From NCBI GenBank assembly GCA_963836235.1, contig CAWIIP010000002.1, positions 128,001 to 192,000 of the forward strand: a stretch of DNA of 64,000 nucleotides, written 5' to 3'. Under the pieces are notes generated by a model. It had not been told where the DNA came from, did not search any database, and was given only the letters and a program-made list of their open reading frames with translations. The stretch is from an uncultured Pseudomonadota bacterium (lineage in GTDB: Bacteria > Oederibacteriota > Muellerivitia > Muellerivitales > Muellerivitaceae). Of the stretch, positions 9,170-24,368 are shown in pieces (within the stretch, counting starts at the first letter, position 1; the number at the start of each line of letters is the position of its first letter). The translations under genes and the position numbers were made by a program.

Positions 9170-11374
9170 TTAGAGCATGGATTGAGGGTCCAGATCCACA
9201 ACCCGAAAGACCCCCCTTGGCGTCTGGTACCGCGAATCCAGAGACTGAAGCAGTTGACGAAGCACTTGTGGTTTCGCAGACTTCATCATCACCTGGAATC
9301 GATAATGGCCCCTCAATTTAAATATACCGGCCGGTGCTGGGCCTACGATCTCTACTCCGCAATTACGCGCTTCCCTTTTTAAAATCTCAGCGGCCTTATC
9401 CGCCGCCATGTGGGCCTTTTTTTCATCCTTGGCCCGATACACCAAAAGCCCCAATTTCATAAAAGGGGGATAGCCCAGGTCTTTTCTTAATTCCAGTTCC
9501 TTTTCCCAAAAACCTTGCGTGTCATGCCGGATGGCTGAAAGAATGCTGACATGCTCGGGATGGAAGGTTTGCAAGTAGATGATTCCTTCTTTTTCCGCCC
9601 GCCCCGCCCTTCCCGCCACCTGCACCAAAAGCTGGAAAACCCGCTCCGACGCCCTAAAGTCCGGCAAGGCCAATCCAACGTCCGCCCCCACTACACCCAC
9701 CAGGGTCACACCCGGAAAATCATGGCCCTTAGCTATCATTTGGGTTCCTACCAACATGTCGGTCTCGTGGCGACGAAAACGGTTAAGAATATCTTCATGG
9801 CTTCCCTGCCTGCGGGTTGTATCCAAATCCATTCTTTCGATCCGGGCATGGGGAAATCCAGTCTTCAATTCTTCTTCCAAACGCTCCGTGCCTAACCCCA
9901 CCTGTTGGATGGGCCCGTCTCCGCAACCGGCGCATTTTTCGGGAATGGGGCCAGTCCAGTTACAGTAGTGACATAGAAGCCCGGGTTTGGCTCCCCGATG
10001 GTAGGTCAAAGGAATCGAACAGGAAGGACAATGAACCTGTTCCCCACATTTCATGCAAAGAGTGACCGTGTTAAAACCCCGGCGGTTGAGGAACAAAAGC
10101 GCCTGTTCTTTTTTATCGAGGGTATCCCTGATAGCTTCCCTTAAAGCCAAGGATAGAACCGGTCTGTCTTCCCCGCGTACTTTCCACTCCGCTCTCAAGT
10201 CCACCGCTTTGATCCGAGGCAGGGGCTTTTTGTTCACCCTTTCCGGCATGGAAAGTAACTGGTATTTACCCAACCTGGCGTTGTGGACCGATTCCAGCGA
10301 CGGGGTGGCACTGCCCAAAAGAGCTACCACTTTACAAATTTGAGCCCTTTTCACTGCGGCGTCACGGGCATGATAGCGAGGCGCGTCTTCCTGCTTGTAG
10401 GAAGACTCATGCTCCTCATCCACCACGATGAGCCCTAGGTTCGAAGCCGGAGCGAAAAGAGCGGAACGTGCTCCCACCGCCACCTTCGCTTCACCCAGGG
10501 CAATCCTCTGCCATTCATAGGTGCGTTCTCCGGTGGAAAGACGGCTATGCAGGACCGCCACTTGGTTGCCGAAACGACCCGTGAACCGCTCCACCGTTTG
10601 GGGAGTCAGAGCGATTTCCGGAATCAGCACGATAGCCTGCTGTCCTTTGGCGATCACTTCCGAGATAGCCCGCAAATAAACTTCGGTCTTGCCCGATCCG
10701 GTCACCCCCTGCAAAAGAAAGGTCTTAAAGTCACCTCCCTCAATAGCCCTCTTAATCGCCGTAAAGGCCGCCTGTTGTTGGAAATGGAGCTCGGGAATGG
10801 CCGCCGTACCGGCGGTGCGAATGGTTTTCTTGGCCCGAGAGGTATCCGGTATTCCTTTCAGCCTTAATACCCCTAACGAAGCTTGTTTCAGCGCTTCTGC
10901 CAGTCCACGGGTACGGGCCGTCAAAGGGACTCGGCCCCCATTGAGACTTTCCCAATGGACCCCTCTCAAAGGACCCATCTTTTCCAACAAATCCTCGACA
11001 ACCGACTGTTCCGCTTCGGCATTCAACTCCAGAAAAGCCTTTGGATTTTTTCGGTATCCCGTGGGTAACATGGCGAAAAGGGCCTCACCCAGCGAACAAT
11101 AGTAGTAATCGGCAATCCAAGCCCCCAGTTGCAAGAGATCAGGCGTTAGCGATGGCACGGTATCCAAAAGCGAATCAATAGGCTTGATGTTTTTAATGTG
11201 GACAGGCGCTTTGGTGGTAATTCCCGTAATAAGCCCCACGGTCTGACGGCGGCCGAAAGAAACCGAGCAACGCATGCCGGGCTGGAGCAAACCTTCGAGA
11301 GTTTTGGGGATCCGATAGGAAAATATCTGTTTTAAAGAAACGGGAAACACAATTTCAGCGAATTGCTCAGCCAT
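9170..11374 (-). CDS. priA: Primosomal protein N' (PriA helicase)
   Basis: GVTGSGKTEVY, DEEHE, two Cys4 zinc motifs, QVAGRAGR, DLDPQ end. Confidence 0.96.
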   Translation of the reverse strand: MAEQFAEIVFPVSLKQIFSYRIPKTLEGLLQPGMRCSVSFGRRQTVGLITGITTKAPVHIKNIKPIDSLLDTVPSLTPDLLQLGAWIADYYYCSLGEALFAMLPTGYRKNPKAFLELNAEAEQSVVEDLLEKMGPLRGVHWESLNGGRVPLTARTRGLAEALKQASLGVLRLKGIPDTSRAKKTIRTAGTAAIPELHFQQQAAFTAIKRAIEGGDFKTFLLQGVTGSGKTEVYLRAISEVIAKGQQAIVLIPEIALTPQTVERFTGRFGNQVAVLHSRLSTGERTYEWQRIALGEAKVAVGARSALFAPASNLGLIVVDEEHESSYKQEDAPRYHARDAAVKRAQICKVVALLGSATPSLESVHNARLGKYQLLSMPERVNKKPLPRIKAVDLRAEWKVRGEDRPVLSLALREAIRDTLDKKEQALLFLNRRGFNTVTLCMKCGEQVHCPSCSIPLTYHRGAKPGLLCHYCNWTGPIPEKCAGCGDGPIQQVGLGTERLEEELKTGFPHARIERMDLDTTRRQGSHEDILNRFRRHETDMLVGTQMIAKGHDFPGVTLVGVVGADVGLALPDFRASERVFQLLVQVAGRAGRAEKEGIIYLQTFHPEHVSILSAIRHDTQGFWEKELELRKDLGYPPFMKLGLLVYRAKDEKKAHMAADKAAEILKREARNCGVEIVGPAPAGIFKLRGHYRFQVMMKSAKPQVLRQLLQSLDSRYQTPRGVFRVVDLDPQSML

Positions 11375-12206
11375 TCCTACCACTTCCCCTCAGACGGGGG
11401 TCCATATAGTCCCGCAAACCCTCGCCGAGAAGGTTATATCCGAGAACCGTAAGAAAAATAGCCAATCCCGGAAAAGTGATGAGCCACCAAGCGTCGGTTA
11501 AATGATCCCGTCCCTCTTCCAGCATATTTCCCCAGCTCGGGGTAGGCGGCTGGACCCCTAGGCCGAGGAAACTAAGCGAGGACTCAATCAGGATGGCCCC
11601 CCCAATTCCCAAGGTCGCCACCACCAAGACTGGACCCAAGGCATTTGGTAAAAGATGCCTCAAAATGATGCGGGAATCGGTCATACCAATAACCCGGGCT
11701 GCCTGAATGAATTCTCTTTCCTTCAAGGAAAGAATTTCACCCCGAACCAACCGGGCAACATCCGTCCAGGAAGTGATTCCGATGATGACCATGATGTTAA
11801 GAATACTCGGGCCCACAAAAGCTATGACCATTAGGATAAGAAAAAAAGTCGGGATACAAAGCAGAATATCCACTAGCCTCATCAAAACCGAATCCAATAG
11901 CCCGCCATAATAGCCTGCTACGGCACCGACAAAGGTCCCGATAAATATATAGATGGAGACAGCCACTAAACCGACGGCCAGGGAAACACGGGAACCATAA
12001 AGCATTCGAGAAAGGACATCCCGACCATATTGGTCCGTACCCATCCAATGGTGGAGGGAGGGTGACAGAAGTCGGTCCGCCAAAGTTTGCTGGAGCGGGT
12101 CGTAGGGCGAAATCCACTGGGCGGTTAGGGCCGTCAAAACTAAAATTGAAACAACAACTAAACCCCAAAACATCAAGGGATGTTGAAGAAACAATCGCTT
12201 AATCAT
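11367..12206 (-). CDS. oppC: Oligopeptide/dipeptide ABC permease (OppC-like)
   Basis: HWMGTDQYGRD, EAA-type loop, SFLGLGVQPPTPSWG. Confidence 0.9.
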   Translation of the reverse strand: MIKRLFLQHPLMFWGLVVVSILVLTALTAQWISPYDPLQQTLADRLLSPSLHHWMGTDQYGRDVLSRMLYGSRVSLAVGLVAVSIYIFIGTFVGAVAGYYGGLLDSVLMRLVDILLCIPTFFLILMVIAFVGPSILNIMVIIGITSWTDVARLVRGEILSLKEREFIQAARVIGMTDSRIILRHLLPNALGPVLVVATLGIGGAILIESSLSFLGLGVQPPTPSWGNMLEEGRDHLTDAWWLITFPGLAIFLTVLGYNLLGEGLRDYMDPRLRGSGRNG

Positions 12207-13170
12207 AGCGGATCCTCGGATCCAGCCAAGCATAGGTAATATCCGCCAACAGGTTCCCAAAAAGCGTTAAGAAACCTGAAATGACACCGATCCCCATCAA
12301 CAAGGGGTAGTCATGGGCTAGAACGGCCTCAAACCCCAGGCGCCCCATTCCCGGCCAGGAAAAAAGGGTTTCGATAATGAAACTCCCGCCGATGATCCCG
12401 GGGAGCGACAAACCCATCAATGTCACAATCGGGATAAGGGCGTTAGGTAACGCATGTTTGAAGATTACTTGAAACTCGGATAAGCCTTTAGCCCGGGCAG
12501 TGCGGATGTAGTCCTGACGGATAACTTCCAGCATGCTGGTCCGGGCGTATCTGGAAACAGAAGCCAGGCCACCGAAAGTCGTCACGACTAGAGGCAAAAC
12601 CAGGTGGGAAATCAAATCCCAAACCTGGGACCACCAGGGCAGAAACTCGGCTTCGGTACTGGTCATTCCGGAAATGGGAAAGAGGTTCATTTTAACCCCA
12701 AATAAAAGCATCAACATGAGGGCAAACCAGAAACTGGGCATGGAAAAACCAACGAATGAAAAAAGAGTGACGAACCGGTCAAACCACCTATTTTGATAGT
12801 AAGCCGCCATAACCCCCATAGGCACCGCCACGAGGAATAAAAGCACTTCAGACAATCCCGACAACAAGAGGGTTGCGGGAAGACGCTCGGCGATGACGGC
12901 AATCACCGGCCGGTTGTCCCGAAAAGTATTGCCGAAATCCAGGAAGCATATGCGGTTGAGCCAATGCCAATATTGGACCATCAGGGGATCATCCAAGCCG
13001 TAGGACTGGCGGAGTTTGATAAGGTAACTGGGGTCAATCTTGCTGTTCATCCCTACGTTCAGGGAGGCAGGATCTCCCGGCGCCAACTGCATGATCACAA
13101 AGCTGATGAAGGAAATCCCCAAAAGGAGGGGCGCCATCATCAAAAGACGACGGATGACATACTTTCTCAT
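12199..13170 (-). CDS. oppB: Oligopeptide/dipeptide ABC permease (OppB-like)
   Basis: QLAPGDPA, DYIRTARAKGL, ETLFSWPGMG, LDPRIR. Confidence 0.9.
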   Translation of the reverse strand: MRKYVIRRLLMMAPLLLGISFISFVIMQLAPGDPASLNVGMNSKIDPSYLIKLRQSYGLDDPLMVQYWHWLNRICFLDFGNTFRDNRPVIAVIAERLPATLLLSGLSEVLLFLVAVPMGVMAAYYQNRWFDRFVTLFSFVGFSMPSFWFALMLMLLFGVKMNLFPISGMTSTEAEFLPWWSQVWDLISHLVLPLVVTTFGGLASVSRYARTSMLEVIRQDYIRTARAKGLSEFQVIFKHALPNALIPIVTLMGLSLPGIIGGSFIIETLFSWPGMGRLGFEAVLAHDYPLLMGIGVISGFLTLFGNLLADITYAWLDPRIRYD

Positions 13171-14822
13171 GGTTTGATCGAATATTTTTGCTGAGCCAGG
13201 GGCACATACCATTTATTAACGGTCAATAAAGAAGGATCCACCAGTTGGGCAATCCCAAATCCTTTGAACCGCTTGTGGATGGCGGCAAGGTGGTTGGGAA
13301 CGACAAGAAAAGTATAAGGCTGGTCCTCGTGTAGGATGGACTGTATTTTCCAGTAGATTTTTTGGCGTTTGGCCGTATTCAGAGTCTGGCGCCCTTCCAC
13401 TAACAAGCGGTCCATCTGTTTATTGTTGTAGTCCACAAAATTAAATTGGTGCTCTCCCCTTTGACTGGAATGGAAGAGCTGGTAGCAATCCGGGTCCGGG
13501 GTAATGGCCCAAGATCCGATGTAAGCGTCGAACTTCCGGGGATACATGTACTGGGAAAGAAGAGTGGTCCATTCATAAACCTGCAGGTCCATCTGAATGC
13601 CCATCTGCTTGAACTGTTGCTGGATGATGGTGGCCACCCTCTCGGCGCTAATGGACCCTTGGGCCAAGATGAGTGTGAATTTAAACGGCGTATCCTTACC
13701 GGCGATGACCTTGTGGAGCAGGCCGTCCCCACTCGGCTTCCAACCCACTTCCTTCAGGATTTGTCCCGCTTTAGCCGGATCAAAGGGCCAGGGCTTGTCG
13801 GCAGGATTGTTAGCCCAAGAATGGAGCGGGTAAGGGCTATCACAAACCACTCCCTGCCCATAACTGACATTTTGAATGATGGTTTGACGATCAATGGCCA
13901 TGGTCAAGGCCTGTCGTACTTTCTTATCCTTGAAGATGGGGTTTTTCGGATTCCAACCAATGTAACTGAAAGCCAGCGAATCTGTTTTGTAGGTGTTGTA
14001 ATAATCCTCAAACTTCGGGGTATCCGTTTCCTTGACATATTGTTCCGCCCTCATACCCCCATGCATCCAGGCGCCCATGGCGTCGATTCCGCCGTTCATT
14101 AGCTCAAGAAATTCGGTGGTTTGGTCCGGAATAATTCGCATGACGAATTTTTGGATGTGGGGCTTTCCACCCCAATAGTCGGGGTTGGCTTCCAGCACGA
14201 CCTTTTGGGCCGTCTGCCATTCGACGAACTTGTAAGGCCCTGTCCCGATCGGGTGGCGGTCGAAATCCGATTTATTGATGTCCTTGCCTTCCAACAAATG
14301 CTTGGGAAGAATCATGTCGAAGGTTTGGGACAAGGCCGGAGCAAAGGGCTTTTTGTAGGTTACCCGAACGGTATAGAGGTCCATAATTTCGACATTCTTA
14401 ATGTCCTGGTACATGGCCCCTTCCGGGGTGTTCACCGTCGGATCGGAATAAACCTTATAAGTAAAAAGAACGTCATCGGCCGTGAATTCCACCCCATCCT
14501 GGAAATGAACTCCCTTGCGGAGGTAATAGGTGATGACCTTGCCGTCCTTGGAAACAGTCCATTTTTCGGCCAGGCATGGCACGGGATTGAAATTCTCGTC
14601 CATGCGGGCCAGTCCCTCAAATATCAAATAGTCAATATCCTCTCCGCCCGTCTCATCCACCAAGGGCGGCATTAAGTGCCTGGGATCGGCAGACCCCGAT
14701 TCCACTAACATGTCCCCATCTGCCACCGGGCCATCCTGGGTGTAGATTTTGGGATCTTTTTTCCCGCAACCGGAAAAGAGAACCGCCGCCATCGCCAAAA
14801 CGACCAGTGACTTTCGGTACAT
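13167..14822 (-). CDS. oppA: Peptide ABC substrate-binding lipoprotein (family 5)
   Basis: Lipobox LFSGC, LAEKW..FQDGVEFTADDVLFT, PIGTGPYKF. Confidence 0.9.
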   Translation of the reverse strand: MYRKSLVVLAMAAVLFSGCGKKDPKIYTQDGPVADGDMLVESGSADPRHLMPPLVDETGGEDIDYLIFEGLARMDENFNPVPCLAEKWTVSKDGKVITYYLRKGVHFQDGVEFTADDVLFTYKVYSDPTVNTPEGAMYQDIKNVEIMDLYTVRVTYKKPFAPALSQTFDMILPKHLLEGKDINKSDFDRHPIGTGPYKFVEWQTAQKVVLEANPDYWGGKPHIQKFVMRIIPDQTTEFLELMNGGIDAMGAWMHGGMRAEQYVKETDTPKFEDYYNTYKTDSLAFSYIGWNPKNPIFKDKKVRQALTMAIDRQTIIQNVSYGQGVVCDSPYPLHSWANNPADKPWPFDPAKAGQILKEVGWKPSGDGLLHKVIAGKDTPFKFTLILAQGSISAERVATIIQQQFKQMGIQMDLQVYEWTTLLSQYMYPRKFDAYIGSWAITPDPDCYQLFHSSQRGEHQFNFVDYNNKQMDRLLVEGRQTLNTAKRQKIYWKIQSILHEDQPYTFLVVPNHLAAIHKRFKGFGIAQLVDPSLLTVNKWYVPLAQQKYSIKP

Positions 14823-14966
14823 TTTAAAAAAACTCCTTAAAAGATTGTTAACCACCAAGATACCAAGAGCACCAAGAACGACAAAAAGATCGAAACACAA
14901 GAAAGATATTAAAATAAAAGATTTTGTCTTTCCCTTTTCTTGGTGTCTTGGTGGTTCAAATAGATT

Positions 14967-17654
14967 TTAAGCGCCGTGGCACTTCTTGTATTTCTTGCCG
15001 GACCCGCAAGGGCAAGGGTCATTCCGACCCACCTTGGGCTCATCCCTGCGGATGGTGGCGACCTTCCCCGTTTCCTGAGACTGGTTTCCTTGGGCCTGCT
15101 GCCAAGTGTCCATGCCCGGGGGCGGCGCTATTCCTGGCGGCATATTTCCTCCCAACATTCCCATAGGCTGGGTCTCCATAGGTGCCGGAGCGGGAGTGGC
15201 CTGTGCGTGCGGATCGAAATCCGGGTGTTCTTCCTTGATGTTCTTGAGATCTCCTTGGGGAAATAATTCTTCTTTGGAACTCACGGTTTGAATGAGGAAC
15301 AAAAGCTTAAGAGAATCTACTTTAATTTGTCCCACCATCTCCTGGAACATTTGGAACCCTTCCCTTTTATATTCGATCAAGGGGTCTTTTTGACCATAAG
15401 CTTGCAGTCCGATGCCTTCTTTCAAATGATCCATCGATAGAAGATGGTCTTTCCAAAGGTTATCCACAACTTGGAGAATAATCGCCCTTTCCAGAGAACG
15501 CATAACATCAGGCGTCAGGGCCTTTTCCTTGTCTTCGTAGGCCTTGATAATTTCGTCTTTCAGCGCGGCGTAAAAAGCATCTCGGTCCAGTCGGCGGAAG
15601 CTTTCTTCCTTCCATCCCAGCTCTTTTTGAAAAACCTCTTGATACCACTTTTTCAAACCCTCATGGTTCCATTCCTCGGGTTTAGTTTTCTCCGGCAGGT
15701 GGGTATCGATACCCAATACCGCCACATCTTCCAGAATTTCAAGCATGTGGGCTCGAATGTCTTTTTCCCTTAAAACCCGGTTTCTTTCCCGGTAAATCAC
15801 CTCGCGCTGCTTGTTCATAACGTCGTCATATTCGAGCAAGTGTTTACGGATGTCGAAATTGTGGGACTCGACCGCTTTCTGCGCCCTTTCAATGGATTTA
15901 GACACCCAAGGATGGGAAATCACTTCCCCTTCCTCCATGCCCAACCGGGTCATCCAATCCTTTAGTTTGTCCGAACCGAAGATACGCATCAGATCATCCT
16001 CAAGGGACACGTAAAAGCGGGACAATCCCGGATCGCCCTGGCGCCCCGACCGGCCACGAAGCTGGTTATCGATACGGCGGCTCTCATGCCGTTCCGTGCC
16101 AAAAACAGCCAACCCACCGACCTCTTTAACACCAGGGCCCAACACGATATCCGTGCCTCGGCCTGCCATGTTCGTGGCGATGGTGACCGCGCCCGGCTGT
16201 CCAGCTAGGGAGATGATGTCCGATTCCCGGTCATGGAACTTGGCGTTCAAGACCTCATGCTTGACCCCCCGCTTCTTCAATAAGCCGGAGAGCATTTCAT
16301 TTTTCTCAATGGAAACGGTACCAACCAGCACCGGTTGGCCTTTTTGGTTCAACTCGACGACGTCGTCGACGATCGCGTTGAATTTTTCCTTGATCGAGCG
16401 GTAAACCGCGTCCGAATCGTCTTTGCGAACCATGGGGTTATGGGTGGGAATAGTCAAAACGTCCAGATTATAAATGTCCTTGAACTCCGCAGCCTCGGTT
16501 TCGGCAGTCCCGGTCATTCCCGCTAGCTTTTTGTACATACGAAAGAAATTTTGGAAAGTGATCGTCGCCAGAGTTTGATTCTCCGCCTCGATCTTGACTT
16601 TTTCCTTGGCTTCCAGGGCTTGATGCAGGCCATCGGAATAGCGACGCCCCGGCATGAGGCGGCCCGTGAATTCATCGACGATGATGACTTCACCGTCTTT
16701 CACGATGTAATCCACGTCCCGTTTGAAGACGACATGAGCTTTCAAAGCCTGGTTGACGTGGTGGACCAACCGGACATTTTTATGGTCATAAAGATTGTCT
16801 ACCTTAAGGAGACTTTCCACGTGGCGCACTCCGGCTTCGGTTAAAAAGGCCGACCGGGTTTTTTCTTCCGTGTCATAATCCTTGTCTTTTCCGAGAGCAA
16901 GCGAAGGGATAATGCGATCAATTTTGTAGTAGAGGTCGGTTGATTCTTCGGAGGGCCCCGAAATAATGAGTGGCGTTCGCGCTTCATCCACCAAGATACT
17001 GTCCACTTCGTCCACGATGGCATAGTTCAAGGCCCTTTGGACGGTATAACCCGGACCGGTCGCCATGTTGTCCCTCAAATAGTCGAAACCCAATTCGTTA
17101 TTGGTACCATAAGTGATGTCACAACCATAGGCGGCCTGGCGCTCTTCATGTTCCAACCCGTGTTTGATAACGCCGGTAGTAAGACCCAAAAAATTATAAA
17201 TGTTCCCCATGCCCTTGAAGGTTCCCCGGCCCAAGCTGTCGCGCTCAGCCAAGAAGTCGTTGACGGTCACCAAGTGGACACCCTTGCCTTCCAGGGCATT
17301 CAAATAAATGGGTAACGTGGCGACGAGGGTTTTACCCTCACCTGTTTTCATTTCAGCGATACAACCCGAGTGAAGCACCATGCCGCCGACCAATTGCACG
17401 TCAAAATGGCGGAGCCCCATCACGCGTTTGGAGGTTTCCCGCACGACGGCAAAAGCCTCCACCAAAAGGTCGTCGATGGTTTCCCCATGGGTAAGGCGGT
17501 CTTTAAATTCGTCGGTTTTCTTGCGTAAATCCGCGTCGGAAAGCGCCTGAAATTGGGGTTCCAAGGCGTTGATTTGCTGTACTTTAGGCCAAAGTTTTTT
17601 CAGTTCCCGGTCGGCCTTGCTTCCGAAAATCTTGGTTAAGACGTTACCTAACAT
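14967..17654 (-). CDS. secA: Preprotein translocase ATPase SecA
   Basis: [40 protein letters not shown] motif [18 protein letters not shown]. Confidence 0.98.
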   Translation of the reverse strand: MLGNVLTKIFGSKADRELKKLWPKVQQINALEPQFQALSDADLRKKTDEFKDRLTHGETIDDLLVEAFAVVRETSKRVMGLRHFDVQLVGGMVLHSGCIAEMKTGEGKTLVATLPIYLNALEGKGVHLVTVNDFLAERDSLGRGTFKGMGNIYNFLGLTTGVIKHGLEHEERQAAYGCDITYGTNNELGFDYLRDNMATGPGYTVQRALNYAIVDEVDSILVDEARTPLIISGPSEESTDLYYKIDRIIPSLALGKDKDYDTEEKTRSAFLTEAGVRHVESLLKVDNLYDHKNVRLVHHVNQALKAHVVFKRDVDYIVKDGEVIIVDEFTGRLMPGRRYSDGLHQALEAKEKVKIEAENQTLATITFQNFFRMYKKLAGMTGTAETEAAEFKDIYNLDVLTIPTHNPMVRKDDSDAVYRSIKEKFNAIVDDVVELNQKGQPVLVGTVSIEKNEMLSGLLKKRGVKHEVLNAKFHDRESDIISLAGQPGAVTIATNMAGRGTDIVLGPGVKEVGGLAVFGTERHESRRIDNQLRGRSGRQGDPGLSRFYVSLEDDLMRIFGSDKLKDWMTRLGMEEGEVISHPWVSKSIERAQKAVESHNFDIRKHLLEYDDVMNKQREVIYRERNRVLREKDIRAHMLEILEDVAVLGIDTHLPEKTKPEEWNHEGLKKWYQEVFQKELGWKEESFRRLDRDAFYAALKDEIIKAYEDKEKALTPDVMRSLERAIILQVVDNLWKDHLLSMDHLKEGIGLQAYGQKDPLIEYKREGFQMFQEMVGQIKVDSLKLLFLIQTVSSKEELFPQGDLKNIKEEHPDFDPHAQATPAPAPMETQPMGMLGGNMPPGIAPPPGMDTWQQAQGNQSQETGKVATIRRDEPKVGRNDPCPCGSGKKYKKCHGA

Positions 17655-17784
17655 GTTTCCTCGTTTCGATGGGGTAGGGGTGGTAAAGAGGCCTAAGTAT
17701 AAGGAGTTTGATGGGGTGGTTCAAGGCGGGAAAAGGCTAGCTGACAGTCGGTAGATTTCGGTTCCAAGCAAAGGCTTTTAAATC

Positions 17785-21054
<3,270 letters not shown>

Positions 21055-21189
21055 GGAACCCCGCTGGTTGGATGGTTAGGACCGGGGTAGTTTATCACGT
21101 AGTTTTGATGAAACATATGCTTGAAATGCGTTCGCCGTTCGCGGCCAGACTTTTAACAGTCAACGGTCAATTTTGAACCTTTGGCTGGT

Positions 21190-21546
21190 TTATCGGATCT
21201 TCTTCTGGAGGAGATAGCTAAGAATTCGCAAGCGGTTTTCCTGACTTTCATTGTAGGCCCAAAAGCGTTCCAAATTTGAAAAACGCTCGGATTTCTTGTT
21301 GAGGCGGCAAACTTGCTCCCCATCAACGCGTTTCTCAAAAGTGGCCAAACCCAACTTCTCAAGCTTTCGCGTGGGTTTCAAGACGTCTTCGGTTGTCCGG
21401 CCCAAAAGTTGGGCGATACGGGCGGGAGTTTCCACCTCCCCCATTTTTTTGGAAACGAATATCAGCAAATCCCACATGACAAAGGAATCTACCACCTCGT
21501 CGATAAAGGCCCGGATGTCATCGGGAATGTCAATTTCCACTTTCAA
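21190..21546 (-). CDS. Hypothetical protein, possibly winged-helix
   Basis: Co-oriented after nusB with a GGAG RBS; HTH-like segment TPARIAQLLGRT. Confidence 0.65.
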   Translation of the reverse strand: MKVEIDIPDDIRAFIDEVVDSFVMWDLLIFVSKKMGEVETPARIAQLLGRTTEDVLKPTRKLEKLGLATFEKRVDGEQVCRLNKKSERFSNLERFWAYNESQENRLRILSYLLQKKIR

Positions 21547-21592
21547 CTCCTAAAGAACCCCTAGCCATTGTCAAATGGCTACAAGCCACCCA

Positions 21593-21997
21593 TTACGCGC
21601 TGGTTTTATTTAATTTGTCCAAAATGCCGTTCACAAACTTGCTCGATTCTTCGGTGCTGAAACGTCTCACAATCTCGATGGCTTCATTGATGGCCACCGA
21701 TTTTGGAATTTCCGAATCATAAATAATTTCATAGGTCGCCAGCCTCAAAATGTTGCGATCCACGGCGGCCATGCGAGTCAAATCCCAATTCTCGGCCAAT
21801 CCCCTTAGATGCTTGTCGATATCAGCCAGCTTGTCCCAGGTGTTTCTCACCATACGTAGAGCCATGACCTTGGCGGCTTCCGGTGCGCTGGCCTGGGGCA
21901 AAAAACTTTCTTCAATTTCCTTTAATTGAACCGTCCCCATGTCCATTTGAAACAACATCTGGAGCGCTAGTTCGCGGCTGCGGCGTTTCAATCCCAT
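21593..21997 (-). CDS. nusB: Transcription antitermination factor NusB
   Basis: RRSRELALQMLFQ, DRNILRLA, AINEAIEI, FVNGILD; follows ribH. Confidence 0.96.
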   Translation of the reverse strand: MGLKRRSRELALQMLFQMDMGTVQLKEIEESFLPQASAPEAAKVMALRMVRNTWDKLADIDKHLRGLAENWDLTRMAAVDRNILRLATYEIIYDSEIPKSVAINEAIEIVRRFSTEESSKFVNGILDKLNKTSA

Positions 21998-22009
21998 TTC
22001 AAATAATCC

Positions 22010-22480
22010 TCATTGGATTTGGTCCATAACCGAAAGGGTTTCTAAAAGATGCAAGGCCGCCTCGGCACCCTTGTTTTCGTTTTTCTCCCCCGCCCGAGCC
22101 AGGGCTTGGTCCAAACTATCTGTCGTTAAAACGCCAAAAGCCACGGGCAAGCTCGATTTTTCCGAAATCCGCCGCAATCCCGAAGCTACTTCCGCGGCAA
22201 TGTGTTCGTGATGGGTGGTCTCTCCCCGGATAACCGCCCCTAAAGTGATAACCCCTTGGAATCGGCCAGTCCTCACGAGTTTCGCGGCGACCACCGGTAT
22301 CTCCCACGCGCCGGGCACCCAGGCAACCTCAATATTTTTCTCGATTACACCCCGGGCCGCCAAGGTTTCCAAAGCGCCCCGCAACAAGCGTTGGCCGATC
22401 AAATCGTTGAATCGGCTTACGACAATGGCAATCCGATATTTGGCGCCTTCCGGTTTTCCTTCGTAAATTTTGACGGTCAC
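22010..22480 (-). CDS. ribH: 6,7-dimethyl-8-ribityllumazine synthase
   Basis: SRFN, VPGAWEIP, LGAVIRGETTH, FGVLTT, NKG. Confidence 0.96.
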   Translation of the reverse strand: MTVKIYEGKPEGAKYRIAIVVSRFNDLIGQRLLRGALETLAARGVIEKNIEVAWVPGAWEIPVVAAKLVRTGRFQGVITLGAVIRGETTHHEHIAAEVASGLRRISEKSSLPVAFGVLTTDSLDQALARAGEKNENKGAEAALHLLETLSVMDQIQ

Positions 22481-22572
22481 TCAATCTCCTTAAAAATCAG
22501 CACCACCGAAAAGGTCCTTAATGCCGCAAAACATTGAAAGGCTAAACCGGCAGGCATTGTAGTGCATCTTTT

Positions 22573-23784
22573 CTATTTTGGTTCGGAATTCTTGCTTAAA
22601 AAATGTCCCATCTTCAAACGTTTTGCGTCCAAATACCTGGCATTAATGGAATTAGCGGGGATTTCAATAGGAACACGTTCGACTACCTTTAACCCATATC
22701 CTTCCAAACCCACGATTTTTTTCGGGTTATTGGTCAAAAGACGAATTTCCTTAATTCCTAAATCCACAAGGATCTGGGCGCCAATACCATAGTCCCGTAA
22801 ATCGGCGGGAAAGCCCAATTTTTCGTTCGCTTCTACCGTATCCAATCCCTGGTCCTGAAGTTGATAAGCTTTTAATTTATTGAGAAGGCCGATTCCACGG
22901 CCTTCCTGTCGCATGTAAAGAACGAGTCCTTGCCCTTCTTTTTCAATCTGGGCCATCGCGGCGTGAAGCTGCTCACCGCAATCACAACGCAAAGAACCAA
23001 AAACGTCCCCCGTGAGACATTCGGAATGCACCCTGACCAGAACCGGTCCCTGAACAATGTCGCCTTTAATAAAAGCCAAACTGTCGTCATCTTCCGTTTC
23101 GGCCTTATAGATAACGACTTTCCATTCACCCGTTTCGGTCGGTATCGGAACTTCTAACACTCGCCGTACCAATTTTTCCTTCTGGCGGCGGTAACGAATG
23201 AGCTCCGCGATGGTGATCATCGTGAGTCCGTACTTGGCCGTAAAGATTTTCAAATCGTCCATGCGGGCCATCGTACCGTCATCTTTCATGATTTCACAAA
23301 GAACGCCAATGGGCCTTAAACCCGCCAGCTTGGCCAAGTCAACCGTGGCTTCCGTGTGCCCCGCTCGGCGGAGCACTCCTCCGGATCGGTATTTCAGGGG
23401 AAAAATATGCCCCGGTCTCACCAAATCGGAAGGTTTTGATTTCCGGTCGGCAAGGATTTGAATCGCCTTCGCCCGGTCGTGAGTTGAGATGCCGGTCGTG
23501 ACCCCTTGGCGAGCATCCACGGAAACGGCGAAAGCCGTGCGAAATTGATCTTGTTGTTCCGTAACCATCAAAGAAAGATCCAAGCGGTCTAAATCCTCGC
23601 CCAGCATAGGCACGCAAATAAGGCCACGACCTTCTTTCGCCATGAAATTAACCGCCTCGGGAGTCGCCTTTTCGGCTGCGATGACCAAGTCTCCTTCATT
23701 TTCTCGGTTCTCGTCATCCACCACGACCACCATTTTCCCCTGGCGGATATCTTCAATGGCTTGTTCTATTCTCTTGGTTTCCAT
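22573..23784 (-). CDS. ribBA: Bifunctional DHBP synthase / GTP cyclohydrolase II
   Basis: [45 protein letters not shown]. Confidence 0.96.
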   Translation of the reverse strand: METKRIEQAIEDIRQGKMVVVVDDENRENEGDLVIAAEKATPEAVNFMAKEGRGLICVPMLGEDLDRLDLSLMVTEQQDQFRTAFAVSVDARQGVTTGISTHDRAKAIQILADRKSKPSDLVRPGHIFPLKYRSGGVLRRAGHTEATVDLAKLAGLRPIGVLCEIMKDDGTMARMDDLKIFTAKYGLTMITIAELIRYRRQKEKLVRRVLEVPIPTETGEWKVVIYKAETEDDDSLAFIKGDIVQGPVLVRVHSECLTGDVFGSLRCDCGEQLHAAMAQIEKEGQGLVLYMRQEGRGIGLLNKLKAYQLQDQGLDTVEANEKLGFPADLRDYGIGAQILVDLGIKEIRLLTNNPKKIVGLEGYGLKVVERVPIEIPANSINARYLDAKRLKMGHFLSKNSEPK

Positions 23785-23936
23785 TTCAACACCTTTAACC
23801 CCGCAATACACGAAAAGTACGAAGTTTAATATTTAACTTTTCTAAACTCATTTATTTACTTTGCTTAGTACACAAATGCTTTCGAGAAACCCAAGGCCCA
23901 AGCAAGTCGGCCAACTCATGCTTGAATCCGCCCTAT

Positions 23937-24368
23937 TTATGAATAAGTATCTAAAAGCATCCCACGAATCTCATCTAAAGCCGCCAGGATCCTCATGGAA
24001 TCCTGCTGGCCTGCCAAAAGCAGTTGGCCCAGGTTTTCGATGGCTTCATCCACCTTCTGCATCGTTAAATAGACAACGAACTTTCCGTCCTTTTTCTTGC
24101 CATGATGTTCCTCCATACGAAAGGAAGAATTCACCACCTTATTCATGAACTTCTTGACCGAAGCCTTATATTCCTCAAATTCTTTACGACCTTTGCTGGA
24201 AAATAGTTTCCTCCCTTTTTCCTCGACCTCGACGATCATCATGCTTAATTCCGCTTGCAAGGCGGAGTTGGTCACCCTTTTAATGCGCTCATTCAACGCG
24301 GGCGCAAAGAGCGGGGAAATGGGTTGGGGCTTTTCAAATTCACTATCACCCAATTTTTCTATTTTCAT
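23937..24368 (-). CDS. YaaR/DUF327-like protein
   Basis: VEEKGRKL..EYKASVKKF..IL..LDEIRGMLLD pattern. Confidence 0.75.
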   Translation of the reverse strand: MKIEKLGDSEFEKPQPISPLFAPALNERIKRVTNSALQAELSMMIVEVEEKGRKLFSSKGRKEFEEYKASVKKFMNKVVNSSFRMEEHHGKKKDGKFVVYLTMQKVDEAIENLGQLLLAGQQDSMRILAALDEIRGMLLDTYS